This document shows positions 13,816 to 22,295 of a DNA stretch of 24,015 nt, one piece after another; positions within the stretch are counted from its first letter, which is position 1, and the number at the start of each line of letters is the position of its first letter. The position numbers and the translations under genes were made by a program. Origin of the DNA: an uncultured Clostridia bacterium (GTDB taxonomy: Bacteria; Bacillota; Clostridia; Christensenellales; Borkfalkiaceae); NCBI GenBank assembly GCA_947629605.1, contig CANREK010000001.1, positions 1 to 24,015 of the forward strand, written 5' to 3'. The notes under the pieces were generated by a model. That model had not been told where the DNA came from. It ran no database searches and saw nothing but the letters and a program-made list of their open reading frames with translations.

Positions 13816-16800
13816 CTACATGACCGTATCTCCGCCGAGACGGGATTCGACCTCGGAGAGTTTGACGGAGACGATCTTGGAAACGCCCTTTTCTTCCATC
13901 GTGACACCGAAGAGACTGTCCGCCTGATTCATCGTCGGCTTTCTGTGCGTGATGACGATAAACTGCGTATCCTGCGAGAATTTTTTGAGATACTTGGCAA
14001 ATCTGTCGACATTGGCCTCGTCGAGCGCGGCCTCGATCTCGTCGAGGATACAGAAGGGCATGGGGTTGGTTTTGAGAATGGCAAAGAGGATGGCGATCGC
14101 AGTGAGCGCCCGCTCGCCGCCCGAGAGCAGCGAGATCTTGGCGAGCTTCTTCCCCGGGGGACAGGCGATGATCTCAACGCCCGCATCGAGGGGATCGGCG
14201 CAGTCGGTGTAGTCGAGCTGCATCTCTGCCTTGCCGCCGCCGAAGAGTTCCTTAAAGATCTGCGTGAAGTTCTTGTTGATCTCGTTGAAGCCCTCGTCGA
14301 ACTTCCTCTGCATCTCGGTTTTGAGCTCTTCGAGCACGGTCGTGAGGTCCATGATGCCCTTGTCGAGGTCGTCCTTTTGCGTCTGCATGTCGCTGTAACG
14401 CTCAAAGAGGGCGGCGTAGTCCTCTTCGGCCCGCGGGTTGATGGGCCCGAGCGCCGTGATCTTGCGCTTTAAGTTGGCGATATTGTTGGCGGCCTGTGAG
14501 AGGTCGTATTCGGGATCGCGATATTCGAGCGCGGTCTCGTAGGTGAGCTGGTATTCCTCTTCCATGCGCTGCTGCATGTTTTCGAGAAGGGTCTCGGCCT
14601 TGGAAATTTCCAGCTCGCTCTGGTGCTTCTTTTCGGAGAGCGTCATCTGGCGGGCGAGGAGCTTTCTCTTCTCCTCCGCGAGGAGGGTCTGCCGCTCGTA
14701 GACGGCCTTCTTTTCCTCATCCGCCGCGGCGAGTTTCTTGCGGAGAATGCCGACGGCTTCCTGTTCTTCCTCGGTGAGCGCCGCCTTCTCCTCGTCGCGC
14801 TTCAAGGCCTCGATCTGCTTCTCGGTGCCCGCGATGGAAGAGCGCGTCTCCTCTACTTTCAACAATAAGTCCTGTTTTTCCTGTTTGAGGCGGGCGAGGT
14901 TGTCCTCGTCCGAGGCGAGCGTACTGCGGAGCGTCGCACCCTCGACTTCGAGCGCGTGCAGGCTCTCCGAGAGGGCGTCGCGGTTCTCTTTGAGTTTGCC
15001 GATCTCGACCTCCCGCTCCCCCGCTTCCTTGGCGGCCTCGCTGCGGATCCTGCTGAGAAGTTCCTCGTTTTCGGCCGAAGAGAGCACCTCGCTTTCGAGT
15101 TCGTCGGCCTTCCGCGTGAGCTGGGCAAGGAGGGCCGTGAAGTCGGCGATGTCCTTGTCGGCATCGGCGATGAGCGAGACGATGGCGAGTTCCTTCTCCG
15201 ACAGCGCGGCAAAGCTGGCCGTCTGCTCCTGCACCTTGATGCGGAAGGCCTCGTAGGCCGCCCGTGCCTCGTCGAGGTCCTTGCCGCACGATTCGAGCGC
15301 CCCTTTGAGCTTTTCGATGACCGCCGTCTTTTTGGCGATCTCGTCCTCGCATTCCTTGATGCGGCGTTCCCCCGCAAAGAGGTGGCCGCTCTCTTTCCGT
15401 CTCGAACCGCCCGTGATGGCGCCCGAGGTCGCAATGGTGTCCCCGTCGAGGGTGACGATGCGGAAGGCGTGCGGATAGCGCTTGGAGATGTTCGTCGCGC
15501 TCGCGATCGTGTCGACGATGAGCGTGTTGCCGAGAAGGTTGGTGACGACACTGCTGTAATAGGGATCGTACTTGACGAGTTCGTCGGCGAGCCCCATTGC
15601 CCCGCTCTCACGGAGCGCGGAGCGGACCTCCGCGGAGTTGACGCGGGAGCGCATGCCGTCGACGGGAAGGAAAGTGACGACGCCCCAGCCCGTGCGCTTT
15701 AAGTATTCGACGAGCCATCTCGCGTCGTCCTGCGTGGCCGTGACGAGGTTCTGCATGGCCGCACCGAAGGCCGTCTCGATGGCGACTTCGTATTTTTTAT
15801 CGGTATGTACGATGTCCGCGATCGCGCCCTTGATGCGCCGCCCCACTTCGGGATTCTTCTGCCCTTCGAGTTGGAGACGGCGAACGGAATCGCGGTAGCC
15901 CTCAAATTGATTTTTGAGGCTCTTGTAGAGTTCGAGATTGTTCTTGTAGCTTGCGATGGAGGAATTGGCCTCGACGATCTCCTGCGAGATCCTGCGCTCG
16001 CTGTTGGCGAGGTCGGAGATCTCGGAGGCGAGAGCGCTCTCCTCGTCGTTCTTCTTGTTGAGGAAGGCCTCGCAGAGCGCCTTTTCTTTGAGGCACTCCT
16101 CCTTTTGGCGGACATATTCGGTGCGGCGGGTCTGCGCCTTTTCGATGGCCGCCCTGACCTCGGCCGCACGGTCCTGCGCGGCGTCGCGCTTTGCCGCAAG
16201 ACTGCCCGCGTTGGCCCTGAGGTCCGCAAGGTTTTCCACGGAGGAGAGCTCGCTCGCCCGCTTTTCGACGGAGAGCTTTTCGTAGGCCGTGATCCGCGCT
16301 TCGGCTTCGCGCAGTTTCATCGTGAGCTCTGCGCTCTCCCTGCCGATCTCGGCGGAACGCTCCCGCATCTTGCCGAGCTTCTTTTCGCCCTCTGCGACGA
16401 GCCCGTCGATGGTCTTGGTGCGGCGGACAGAGTAATCCACCGTCTCGGAAGCGGCGGCAAGTTCGCGCTTGTAGCTCTCGATACGGGCGGAAAGCACCTT
16501 GGCCTCCCCCGTCTTGTGCTCCATGCCGACCTCGTAGAGGCGGAGATTGTCATTGAGATCGCGGAGAACGGCGTCGTTGCGTTCCACCTGTCCCCTCGCG
16601 TCGGTCTCCTCGTTGTCGACCTCGGCAAGGCGCGCCTCGACGCCCGAGAGCTCCCGTTCGGCCTCTTCGATCTTCTTTCTGTGGCGGCCCGTCTCCTCGG
16701 TGAAGTTCTCATAGCGGAGAAGATAGGTATTGACTTCCTCGTGGCGGAGGTCCTCATAGTACCCGCGATATTTTTTGGCGGTCTCGGCCTGCTGTTCGAG

Positions 16801-17412
16801 GGGGCGGAGCTGTTTTTCGGCCTCGTCCATTCTCTGGATGAACACGGTGAGGTTGTCCCGCGCGTTCTGCAATTTATTCTCGATCTCGCGGCGTTGCAGT
16901 TTGAACTTCATGACGCCCGTCGCCTCTTCAAAGACGGCACGCCTGTCCTCGGGCTTGGCGTTCATGATGAGGTCCACCCTGTTCTGCCCGATGATGGAGT
17001 AGCCCTCCTTGCCGATCCCGACGTCATGCAGGAGCGCGACGATCTCTTTGAGCCTGCACGGCTGCATATTGAGAAGGTACTCGCTCTCGCCCGAGCGGTA
17101 GAGACGGCGCGTCATGGCGACCTCGGAATAGTCGACGTCGAAGAGGCGTGTCGAATTGTCGAACACGAGCGTAACTTCGCAGTAGCTGAGCTGACGCCGC
17201 GCCTCGGTGCCGTTGAAGATGACGTCCTGCATGGAAGTGCCGCGCAGGACCTTTGCCGACTGTTCGCCGAGCACCCATCTTACGGCGTCGGCGACGTTGG
17301 ATTTGCCGCAGCCGTTGGGGCCGACGATACAGGTGACGCCGTCCTCGAATTTGATGGAGGTCTTGTCTGCGAAGGATTTGAACCCCGCCACCTTGATTTC
17401 TTTCAGATTCAA
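13816..17412 (-). CDS. smc: Chromosome segregation protein SMC
   Basis: GFKSFA, Walker A GPNGCGKSN, coiled coils, hinge GWGVVTFLP/GGS, LSGGE signature and Walker B CILDEIEAALD. TTG start overlapping the rnc stop. Confidence 0.98.
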   Translation of the reverse strand: MNLKEIKVAGFKSFADKTSIKFEDGVTCIVGPNGCGKSNVADAVRWVLGEQSAKVLRGTSMQDVIFNGTEARRQLSYCEVTLVFDNSTRLFDVDYSEVAMTRRLYRSGESEYLLNMQPCRLKEIVALLHDVGIGKEGYSIIGQNRVDLIMNAKPEDRRAVFEEATGVMKFKLQRREIENKLQNARDNLTVFIQRMDEAEKQLRPLEQQAETAKKYRGYYEDLRHEEVNTYLLRYENFTEETGRHRKKIEEAERELSGVEARLAEVDNEETDARGQVERNDAVLRDLNDNLRLYEVGMEHKTGEAKVLSARIESYKRELAAASETVDYSVRRTKTIDGLVAEGEKKLGKMRERSAEIGRESAELTMKLREAEARITAYEKLSVEKRASELSSVENLADLRANAGSLAAKRDAAQDRAAEVRAAIEKAQTRRTEYVRQKEECLKEKALCEAFLNKKNDEESALASEISDLANSERRISQEIVEANSSIASYKNNLELYKSLKNQFEGYRDSVRRLQLEGQKNPEVGRRIKGAIADIVHTDKKYEVAIETAFGAAMQNLVTATQDDARWLVEYLKRTGWGVVTFLPVDGMRSRVNSAEVRSALRESGAMGLADELVKYDPYYSSVVTNLLGNTLIVDTIASATNISKRYPHAFRIVTLDGDTIATSGAITGGSRRKESGHLFAGERRIKECEDEIAKKTAVIEKLKGALESCGKDLDEARAAYEAFRIKVQEQTASFAALSEKELAIVSLIADADKDIADFTALLAQLTRKADELESEVLSSAENEELLSRIRSEAAKEAGEREVEIGKLKENRDALSESLHALEVEGATLRSTLASDEDNLARLKQEKQDLLLKVEETRSSIAGTEKQIEALKRDEEKAALTEEEQEAVGILRKKLAAADEEKKAVYERQTLLAEEKRKLLARQMTLSEKKHQSELEISKAETLLENMQQRMEEEYQLTYETALEYRDPEYDLSQAANNIANLKRKITALGPINPRAEEDYAALFERYSDMQTQKDDLDKGIMDLTTVLEELKTEMQRKFDEGFNEINKNFTQIFKELFGGGKAEMQLDYTDCADPLDAGVEIIACPPGKKLAKISLLSGGERALTAIAILFAILKTNPMPFCILDEIEAALDEANVDRFAKYLKKFSQDTQFIVITHRKPTMNQADSLFGVTMEEKGVSKIVSVKLSEVESRLGGDTVM

Positions 17413-18083
17413 TGCTGTGTCCTCTCTTTGAGTTTTTCAAGGAGCATCGCGGCCGCGCCTTCCTTTGCGGCCTGTTTGCTCTTTCCTCTTCCCGTCCCCC
17501 TTTCGCCGAGGGCCGTAACTTCCGCGACGAATTCCTCGCCGTCGGGGCGTTCGTGGTAGACGGGCGTCATCTTCGCCCTCTCCTGCACATACACTTGCAG
17601 GGCGGAGATGGGGTCTTTCATATCCATATATTCGAGATTTCTCTTCAAAAACTTTGCCGCCTCTTCGATGCCGCCATCGAGATAGATGCCCGCGGTCACG
17701 GCCTCGAAGATGCTCGAACGGACCTTGCCGCCCTTTCCGCCCATGTCCTCTTCGCGGTTGGAATGGCGCAAAAATTTCATGAGCCCCAACTTGTCCGCGA
17801 CGGGCGTCAACGCCTCCTTGGAGACATATCCCTTGCGCTTTTCGGTCAGTTTCCCCTCATCCTTGTCGGAAGTGCGGAAGAGATAGTCGGAGACGATGAG
17901 TTGCAGAACGGCGTCTCCCAAAAATTCCAGCCTCTCGTTGTCCTCGCCGCCGTGGGCGATGTTGTTGCGGTAGGTGGAGTGGGTGAAACAGGTCTTTAAG
18001 AGCGACTTATCGCGGAAGGTGTAGCCGATGGCCTCCTCCGCCTCCCGGTACGTCTCCTCCGTCCAATCCTCGCCGTTTTTCAT
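17409..18083 (-). CDS. rnc: Ribonuclease III
   Basis: NERLEFLGDAVL signature and C-terminal dsRBD. Start moved to ATG 18083 (GGAGG RBS, ATGA overlap with plsX). Confidence 0.96.
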   Translation of the reverse strand: MKNGEDWTEETYREAEEAIGYTFRDKSLLKTCFTHSTYRNNIAHGGEDNERLEFLGDAVLQLIVSDYLFRTSDKDEGKLTEKRKGYVSKEALTPVADKLGLMKFLRHSNREEDMGGKGGKVRSSIFEAVTAGIYLDGGIEEAAKFLKRNLEYMDMKDPISALQVYVQERAKMTPVYHERPDGEEFVAEVTALGERGTGRGKSKQAAKEGAAAMLLEKLKERTQH

Positions 18084-19102
18084 TCTTCCTCCGTTGAGGC
18101 GCCCGAGACGTTCAACATCTCCGCGATCTTGCCGATGAGGTCTCCCTCGTAGGCGTCGAGGATCTGGAACACGGCGGGCGTGATGCTGTTGGCCTTGGAG
18201 GAGCCGTGGCACTTGACGACGAGCTTTCTGAGCCCCAAGAACGGGCTCCCGCCGAGCTTGGCATAGTCGAGCATGTCACGAAGGCGATTGATCTGCTTCT
18301 TTGCAAACAGATAGCTGAGCTTACTGCCGAAATTTTTCTTGAATTCCGTCTTTAAGACGGCGGAGACCGTCTTTCCGCATCCCTCCACGGCCTTTAAGGC
18401 GATGTTGCCCGAGAAGCCGTCCGAGACGACGATGTCGACGTCGCCGTACATGATGTCTCTCCCCTCGACGTTGCCGACAAAATCGATGCCGCCAAAGTCT
18501 TTGAGAAGGGCAAACGCCTCTTGGTGCAGGGGGTCTCCCTTGTGCTCCTCGGTGCCGTTGTTGAGAAGGCCGACCTTGGGATGTTCGATGCCCTTGGTCC
18601 GCGCATACGCCGTTGCCATGAGGGCGAATTGCACGAGATATTGGGGCTTGCACTCGGCATTCGCGCCGCAGTCGCAAAGCAGGGTCTGCCCGCCGTGCAC
18701 GTTGGGGATCCCGGGGCAGAGGGCGGGGCGAAGGATGCCCTTGATCCGCCCGATGTGCATGACGCCGCCCGTGAGCACTGCGCCCGTCGAACCCGCGGAG
18801 AGGAACCCCGCAACGTCCGGCTCGTCTTTGAGCATTCTGAGCCCGACGACGAGGGAACTATCCCGCTTGGTCCTGACGGCGGAAGTGGGGATATCGTCGC
18901 CCGTGATGACTTCCTTGCAGGGAATGACCTCGACGCGGTCGGGGTCGTAACTGTACTTTGCGAGTTCCCGCTCCACAAGCGCCTCATCGCCCGTAAAGAC
19001 GAGGGAAAAATTCTTTCTCTTTTCGAGCGCAAGGAGCGCTCCTTTTATGATCTCCGCGGGGGCGTTGTCGCCGCCCATCGCGTCTACGATAACTCTTACC
19101 AT
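18080..19102 (-). CDS. plsX: Phosphate acyltransferase PlsX
   Basis: VDAMGGDNAP, SAGSTGA, DCGANAE, LNNGTEEHKG and SDGFSGNIALK motifs. Start ATG 19102 with GGAGAGAGG RBS. Confidence 0.97.
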   Translation of the reverse strand: MVRVIVDAMGGDNAPAEIIKGALLALEKRKNFSLVFTGDEALVERELAKYSYDPDRVEVIPCKEVITGDDIPTSAVRTKRDSSLVVGLRMLKDEPDVAGFLSAGSTGAVLTGGVMHIGRIKGILRPALCPGIPNVHGGQTLLCDCGANAECKPQYLVQFALMATAYARTKGIEHPKVGLLNNGTEEHKGDPLHQEAFALLKDFGGIDFVGNVEGRDIMYGDVDIVVSDGFSGNIALKAVEGCGKTVSAVLKTEFKKNFGSKLSYLFAKKQINRLRDMLDYAKLGGSPFLGLRKLVVKCHGSSKANSITPAVFQILDAYEGDLIGKIAEMLNVSGASTEEE

Positions 19103-19139
19103 TTTCTGCCTCTCTCCGTATAAAAAACGATACGTAGTT

Positions 19140-19168
19140 ATTATACCATTTTTTTTTGGAAAAGACAA
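19140..19168 (-). promoter_or_regulatory. sigmaA promoter of plsX-rnc-smc
   Basis: TTGTCT, 17 bp spacer, TG-n-TATAAT on the minus strand. Confidence 0.8.
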
Positions 19169-19237
19169 TTCTTTGCGGCAATTTTCAGGGCGGGAAACGG
19201 TATATTTCCGCAAGAAATCGTCAAAAATGCGGGTACG

Positions 19238-19287
19238 GTGAGCGAAATGTCCTCCCGTTACATACAATGATAGCGGAGGATGCTCAC
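19238..19287 (+). promoter_or_regulatory. Stem-loop/inverted repeat immediately upstream of the mazF RBS
   Basis: GTGAGC/GCTCAC, GTCCTCC/GGAGGAT and GTTA/TAGC pairings around the loop CATACAATGA. Function is inferred only. Confidence 0.55.
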
Positions 19288-19301
19288 AAAAGAGGTTATG
19301 T

Positions 19302-19664
19302 ATGATCGTCAAACGCGGAGAATTGTATTATGCGGATCTGAGCCCCGTGGTGGGGAGCGAACAGGGCGGCGTGCGTCCCGTGCTCGTCGTGCAGAACGAT
19401 ACGGGAAACAAATACTCCCCCACCGTCATCGCCGCTGCCGTGACGAGCAAGATCCACAAGGCACGGCTCCCCACGCACATCGAACTGCCGTCCGCATTCG
19501 GCCTCGCGCGGGACAGCGTCATTCTTTTGGAGCAGATCCGTACGATCGACAAAAAGAGGTTGATGGCGCGGATCGGGGAACTTCCCCCCTCCACCATGTC
19601 CCGCGTCAACCGTGCGATCCTCATAAGTCTCGGCTTTGACAGCAGCATTGAGGCGAAGCCGTAA
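19302..19664 (+). CDS. mazF: MazF/PemK family endoribonuclease toxin (NdoA/YdcE-like), no adjacent antitoxin
   Basis: [49 protein letters not shown]...LPTHIEL...[17 protein letters not shown], closely matching Firmicute NdoA. AGAGG RBS. Confidence 0.95.
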   Translation: MIVKRGELYYADLSPVVGSEQGGVRPVLVVQNDTGNKYSPTVIAAAVTSKIHKARLPTHIELPSAFGLARDSVILLEQIRTIDKKRLMARIGELPPSTMSRVNRAILISLGFDSSIEAKP

Positions 19665-19724
19665 TATTGCGCGGCGGAATGCTATGTACACCCATTCCGC
19701 CGCCGTGCACGGCGGCACGCCGTG

Positions 19725-19941
19725 CGCTCATGCTGACCCTGAGCGCAGTCGAAGGGGAAGCATCCCGGCAAACGGGCGGTGTAACACCCCCTCAGTCGCG
19801 CAAGGACAGCGCGACAGCTCCCCCTCAAGGGGGCGCCAAGAGTCCGCCTTGCCCACCCCTCGAGGGGTGGGTGTCACGCAGTGACGGGAGGGGTGCCATT
19901 CTCAATCCCCGCCGCAATTTTTAATTTTTCATTTTGAATTT
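19725..19941. repeat. REP/BIME-like cluster after mazF
   Basis: 19762-19895 nearly matches 1561-1687 (differs mainly in the B-unit loop). Heptamer tract at 19912-19941. Confidence 0.9.
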
Positions 19942-19944
19942 CCC

Positions 19945-19972
19945 CCGTTGCGGCGAATGCAACGGTTTTTTT
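19945..19972 (+). terminator. Intrinsic terminator downstream of mazF and the repeat cluster
   Basis: CCGTTGC-N7-GCAACGG followed by TTTTTTT. Confidence 0.8.
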
Positions 19973-19973
19973 C

Positions 19974-20002
19974 TTGCCTCAAAGCGTTTTGTGTGCTATA
20001 AT
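19974..20002 (+). promoter_or_regulatory. sigmaA promoter of the aminopeptidase gene
   Basis: TTGCCT, 17 bp spacer, TG-n-TATAAT. Confidence 0.8.
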
Positions 20003-20034
20003 CTGTGGTATAAGAAAAGAAAGCGGAGGAAACC

Positions 20035-21435
20035 ATGTCAGACAAAAAGAGCAAGGGCCAAGCGCTGCAAAAGGCGCTCGCCTACAAAAAACAAAATTAC
20101 TATGAACAGGCCGACAAGGCCGAGCGGAAGGCCATCTTCGCCTATGCGGAGGGGTATAAAAACTTCCTCAACGCCGCCAAGACCGAGCGCGAGGCAACGG
20201 ACTATGCCGTTTCCGCCGCCGAGAAGGCGGGATTCACCGAATATCACTTCGGCGATGCGCTCCGTGCGGGCGACAAAAAGTATTTTATCAACCGCGGCAA
20301 GTCCGTCGTCGTGTTCCGCGTCGGAACGCTCCCCTTGGAAGAGGATGGGCTCCGCATCATCGCCTCGCATATCGACGCCCCGCGCGTGGACATCAAGCAG
20401 AATCCTCTCTATGAGGACAGCGGCATGGCCTTTCTCAAAACGCACTACTACGGCGGCATCAAAAAGTATCAATGGACAGCGATCCCCCTCGCCCTGCACG
20501 GCGTCGTCATCTTAAAAGACGGCACCAAGGTGACGGTCAAAGTCGGCGAAGATCCCAAGGACCCCGTGTTCTACATCAACGACCTTCTCCCCCACCTCGG
20601 CGGCGAACAGATGAGCGGCAGTGCCAATAAGCTCATCGAGGGCGAACAGCTCAACGTGCTCGTCGGCGGCATGCCCTATCCCGACGACGAGGTCGACGGC
20701 AAGATCAAGCTCAACGTTTTGAATGTCCTGCACGACAAATACGGCATCGAAGAGGAAGATTTCCTCTCCGCGGAGCTCTCCGCCGTGCCCGCCTTCCCCG
20801 CCCGCGACGTCGGCTTTGACAGGGCCCTCATCGGCGCCTACGGCCATGACGACAGGGTCTGCGCCTATCCCGCATTGACGGCGGTGCTCGACAACGACAC
20901 CCCTCATACCGTGCTCGCCATGCTCGTCGACAAGGAAGAGATCGGCAGCGAGGGCAACACGGGCATTCAATCCAAGGTCTACGAGGACCTCATGGAGGAG
21001 ATCTCCCTCGCCATGGGCGCCAATTTCAGAAAGGTCAGGGCGGCGTCGAAGTGCCTCTCCTCGGATGTGACGGCGGCATTCGACCCCAACTTTGCGGGCG
21101 TCTACGAGAAGATGAACGCCGCAATGCTCTCCTGCGGGACTGCGATGTGCAAGTTCACGGGCGCACGGGGCAAGAGCGGCAGTAACGACGCCAATGCGGA
21201 ATTCATCGGCGAGGTCAGAAAGATGTTCGCAGAGGGCGGCGTCGTCTGGCAGACGGCCGAGCTCGGCAAGGTGGATATCGGCGGCGGCGGAACGGTCGCA
21301 AAGTTCGTGGCCAACCTCAACATCGACACCGTCGATCTCGGCGTGCCCGTCATCTCGATGCACGCACCGTGGGAAGTCATCTCCAAGGCCGATTTGTATA
21401 GCAATTACAAGGCATTTTTGGCATTCATGAAATAA
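20035..21435 (+). CDS. M18 family aminopeptidase (aspartyl aminopeptidase/ApeA-like)
   Basis: SHIDAPRVDIK, YYGGIKKYQW, GHDDRVC, DKEEIGS, SSDVTAAFDP and SMHAP metal-ligand motifs. GGAGG RBS. Confidence 0.92.
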   Translation: MSDKKSKGQALQKALAYKKQNYYEQADKAERKAIFAYAEGYKNFLNAAKTEREATDYAVSAAEKAGFTEYHFGDALRAGDKKYFINRGKSVVVFRVGTLPLEEDGLRIIASHIDAPRVDIKQNPLYEDSGMAFLKTHYYGGIKKYQWTAIPLALHGVVILKDGTKVTVKVGEDPKDPVFYINDLLPHLGGEQMSGSANKLIEGEQLNVLVGGMPYPDDEVDGKIKLNVLNVLHDKYGIEEEDFLSAELSAVPAFPARDVGFDRALIGAYGHDDRVCAYPALTAVLDNDTPHTVLAMLVDKEEIGSEGNTGIQSKVYEDLMEEISLAMGANFRKVRAASKCLSSDVTAAFDPNFAGVYEKMNAAMLSCGTAMCKFTGARGKSGSNDANAEFIGEVRKMFAEGGVVWQTAELGKVDIGGGGTVAKFVANLNIDTVDLGVPVISMHAPWEVISKADLYSNYKAFLAFMK

Positions 21436-21447
21436 GCGTATCCGCAT

Positions 21448-21476
21448 AAAAACGGCGACATATGTCGCCGTTTTTT
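21448..21476 (+). terminator. Intrinsic terminator after the aminopeptidase gene
   Basis: Perfect palindrome AAAAACGGCGACAT/ATGTCGCCGTTTTT, 12 nt after the stop. Confidence 0.85.
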
Positions 21477-21514
21477 GATGTCTGCCCCATGTTTGGCGGA
21501 GAGTCAAGTGCGTG

Positions 21515-21754
21515 TGCGGCGTCATGCTGAGCAGTAGAGTAAGAACGCAGTCTATGGAAGCGTGTCCGAAGCATCTCGCCGCACAATTGTGAATATCGCC
21601 CCGCGAGATTCTTCGAAATTGCCCCAATACGCTCTATGAGCCTCGTGGCTCAGAATGACGCGGGGCGGCAATGCGGTGACCCACCCCCTACCCCCCTCCT
21701 CGGGAGGGGGCGTTTTCACCGCAATTTTTCATTTTTAATTTTTAATTTTCAATT
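21515..21754. repeat. REP-like cluster (E unit, C-rich hairpin, heptamer tract)
   Basis: 21515-21667 matches 3248-3400. 21680-21711 is nearly the reverse complement of 9455-9487 in the rpsP direct repeat. Heptamers at 21719-21754. Confidence 0.9.
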
Positions 21755-21782
21755 AAAAAAACACCCCATTGGGGTGTTTTTT
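21755..21782. terminator. Bidirectional terminator after rplQ
   Basis: AAAAAAA-CACCCC-ATT-GGGGTG-TTTTTT between convergent genes. Confidence 0.85.
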
Positions 21783-21785
21783 GGG

Positions 21786-22292
21786 TTATACAAGTTCGAT
21801 GATCGCTCTTTCGGCGCCATCGCCGCGGCGCTCGCCGAGGAGATAGATCCTCGTGTATCCGCCGCCCTGTCCGATCTCTTCCTTTCTCTGCGCATACTTG
21901 GGCGCGAGTTCGTCGAAGAGTTTCTCCATCAAGGGGTGCTGGTGATCCTGCGTGCGCTTTTTGAAGTCGCTCTTCTTTTCGTTGAACTCCTTCACTTCCT
22001 GCAAATCATACGTCTTTGCCATGACCGCGCGGCGGGCCGCAAGTTTCTTGGGACCGTCTTTATACGTCTTGGTCCTGATCTCCTTGCCCTTCTTGTCCTT
22101 GGTGACCTTTTCAACCTCGACGACGTCGTCGTAGGTGTTGACGGCCTTGGTGATGAGCTTTTCGACATAGGGGCGAAGCTCTTTGGCTCTCGCCTGCGTC
22201 GTTTCGATTTTACCGTACCACAAAAGCTGCGATGCTTGGTTCCTCAGAATCGCAAGTCTCTCCTTTGTGGGTCTGCCTAATTTCCCGGGCAT
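21786..22292 (-). CDS. rplQ: 50S ribosomal protein L17
   Basis: KLGRPT..RLAILRNQASQLL..GKIETTQARAKE, GGYTRI...RRGDGAERAIIELV. Follows rpoA, AAGGAGG RBS. Confidence 0.96.
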   Translation of the reverse strand: MPGKLGRPTKERLAILRNQASQLLWYGKIETTQARAKELRPYVEKLITKAVNTYDDVVEVEKVTKDKKGKEIRTKTYKDGPKKLAARRAVMAKTYDLQEVKEFNEKKSDFKKRTQDHQHPLMEKLFDELAPKYAQRKEEIGQGGGYTRIYLLGERRGDGAERAIIELV

Positions 22293-22295
22293 CTT

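Noticed and set aside
13579-17559. Long antisense ORFs over smc (e.g. 15805-17559, 584 aa) and other genes
   Set aside because: Typical shadow ORFs of GC-rich codon usage, with no family motifs.
19280-19639. 119-aa alternative-frame ORF over mazF as a hidden antitoxin
   Set aside because: Arg-rich shadow-ORF composition, no RHH or AbrB features, and the GGAGG overlaps its ATG with no spacing.
1484-21754. Repeat clusters as CRISPR arrays
   Set aside because: No regularly spaced identical repeats with unique spacers and no cas genes. Units are palindromic, dispersed and nested.
21786-22292. Insertions in L17 and missing MRH start
   Set aside because: Internal expansions of L17 are common in Clostridia, and I find no repeat-derived sequence in them.
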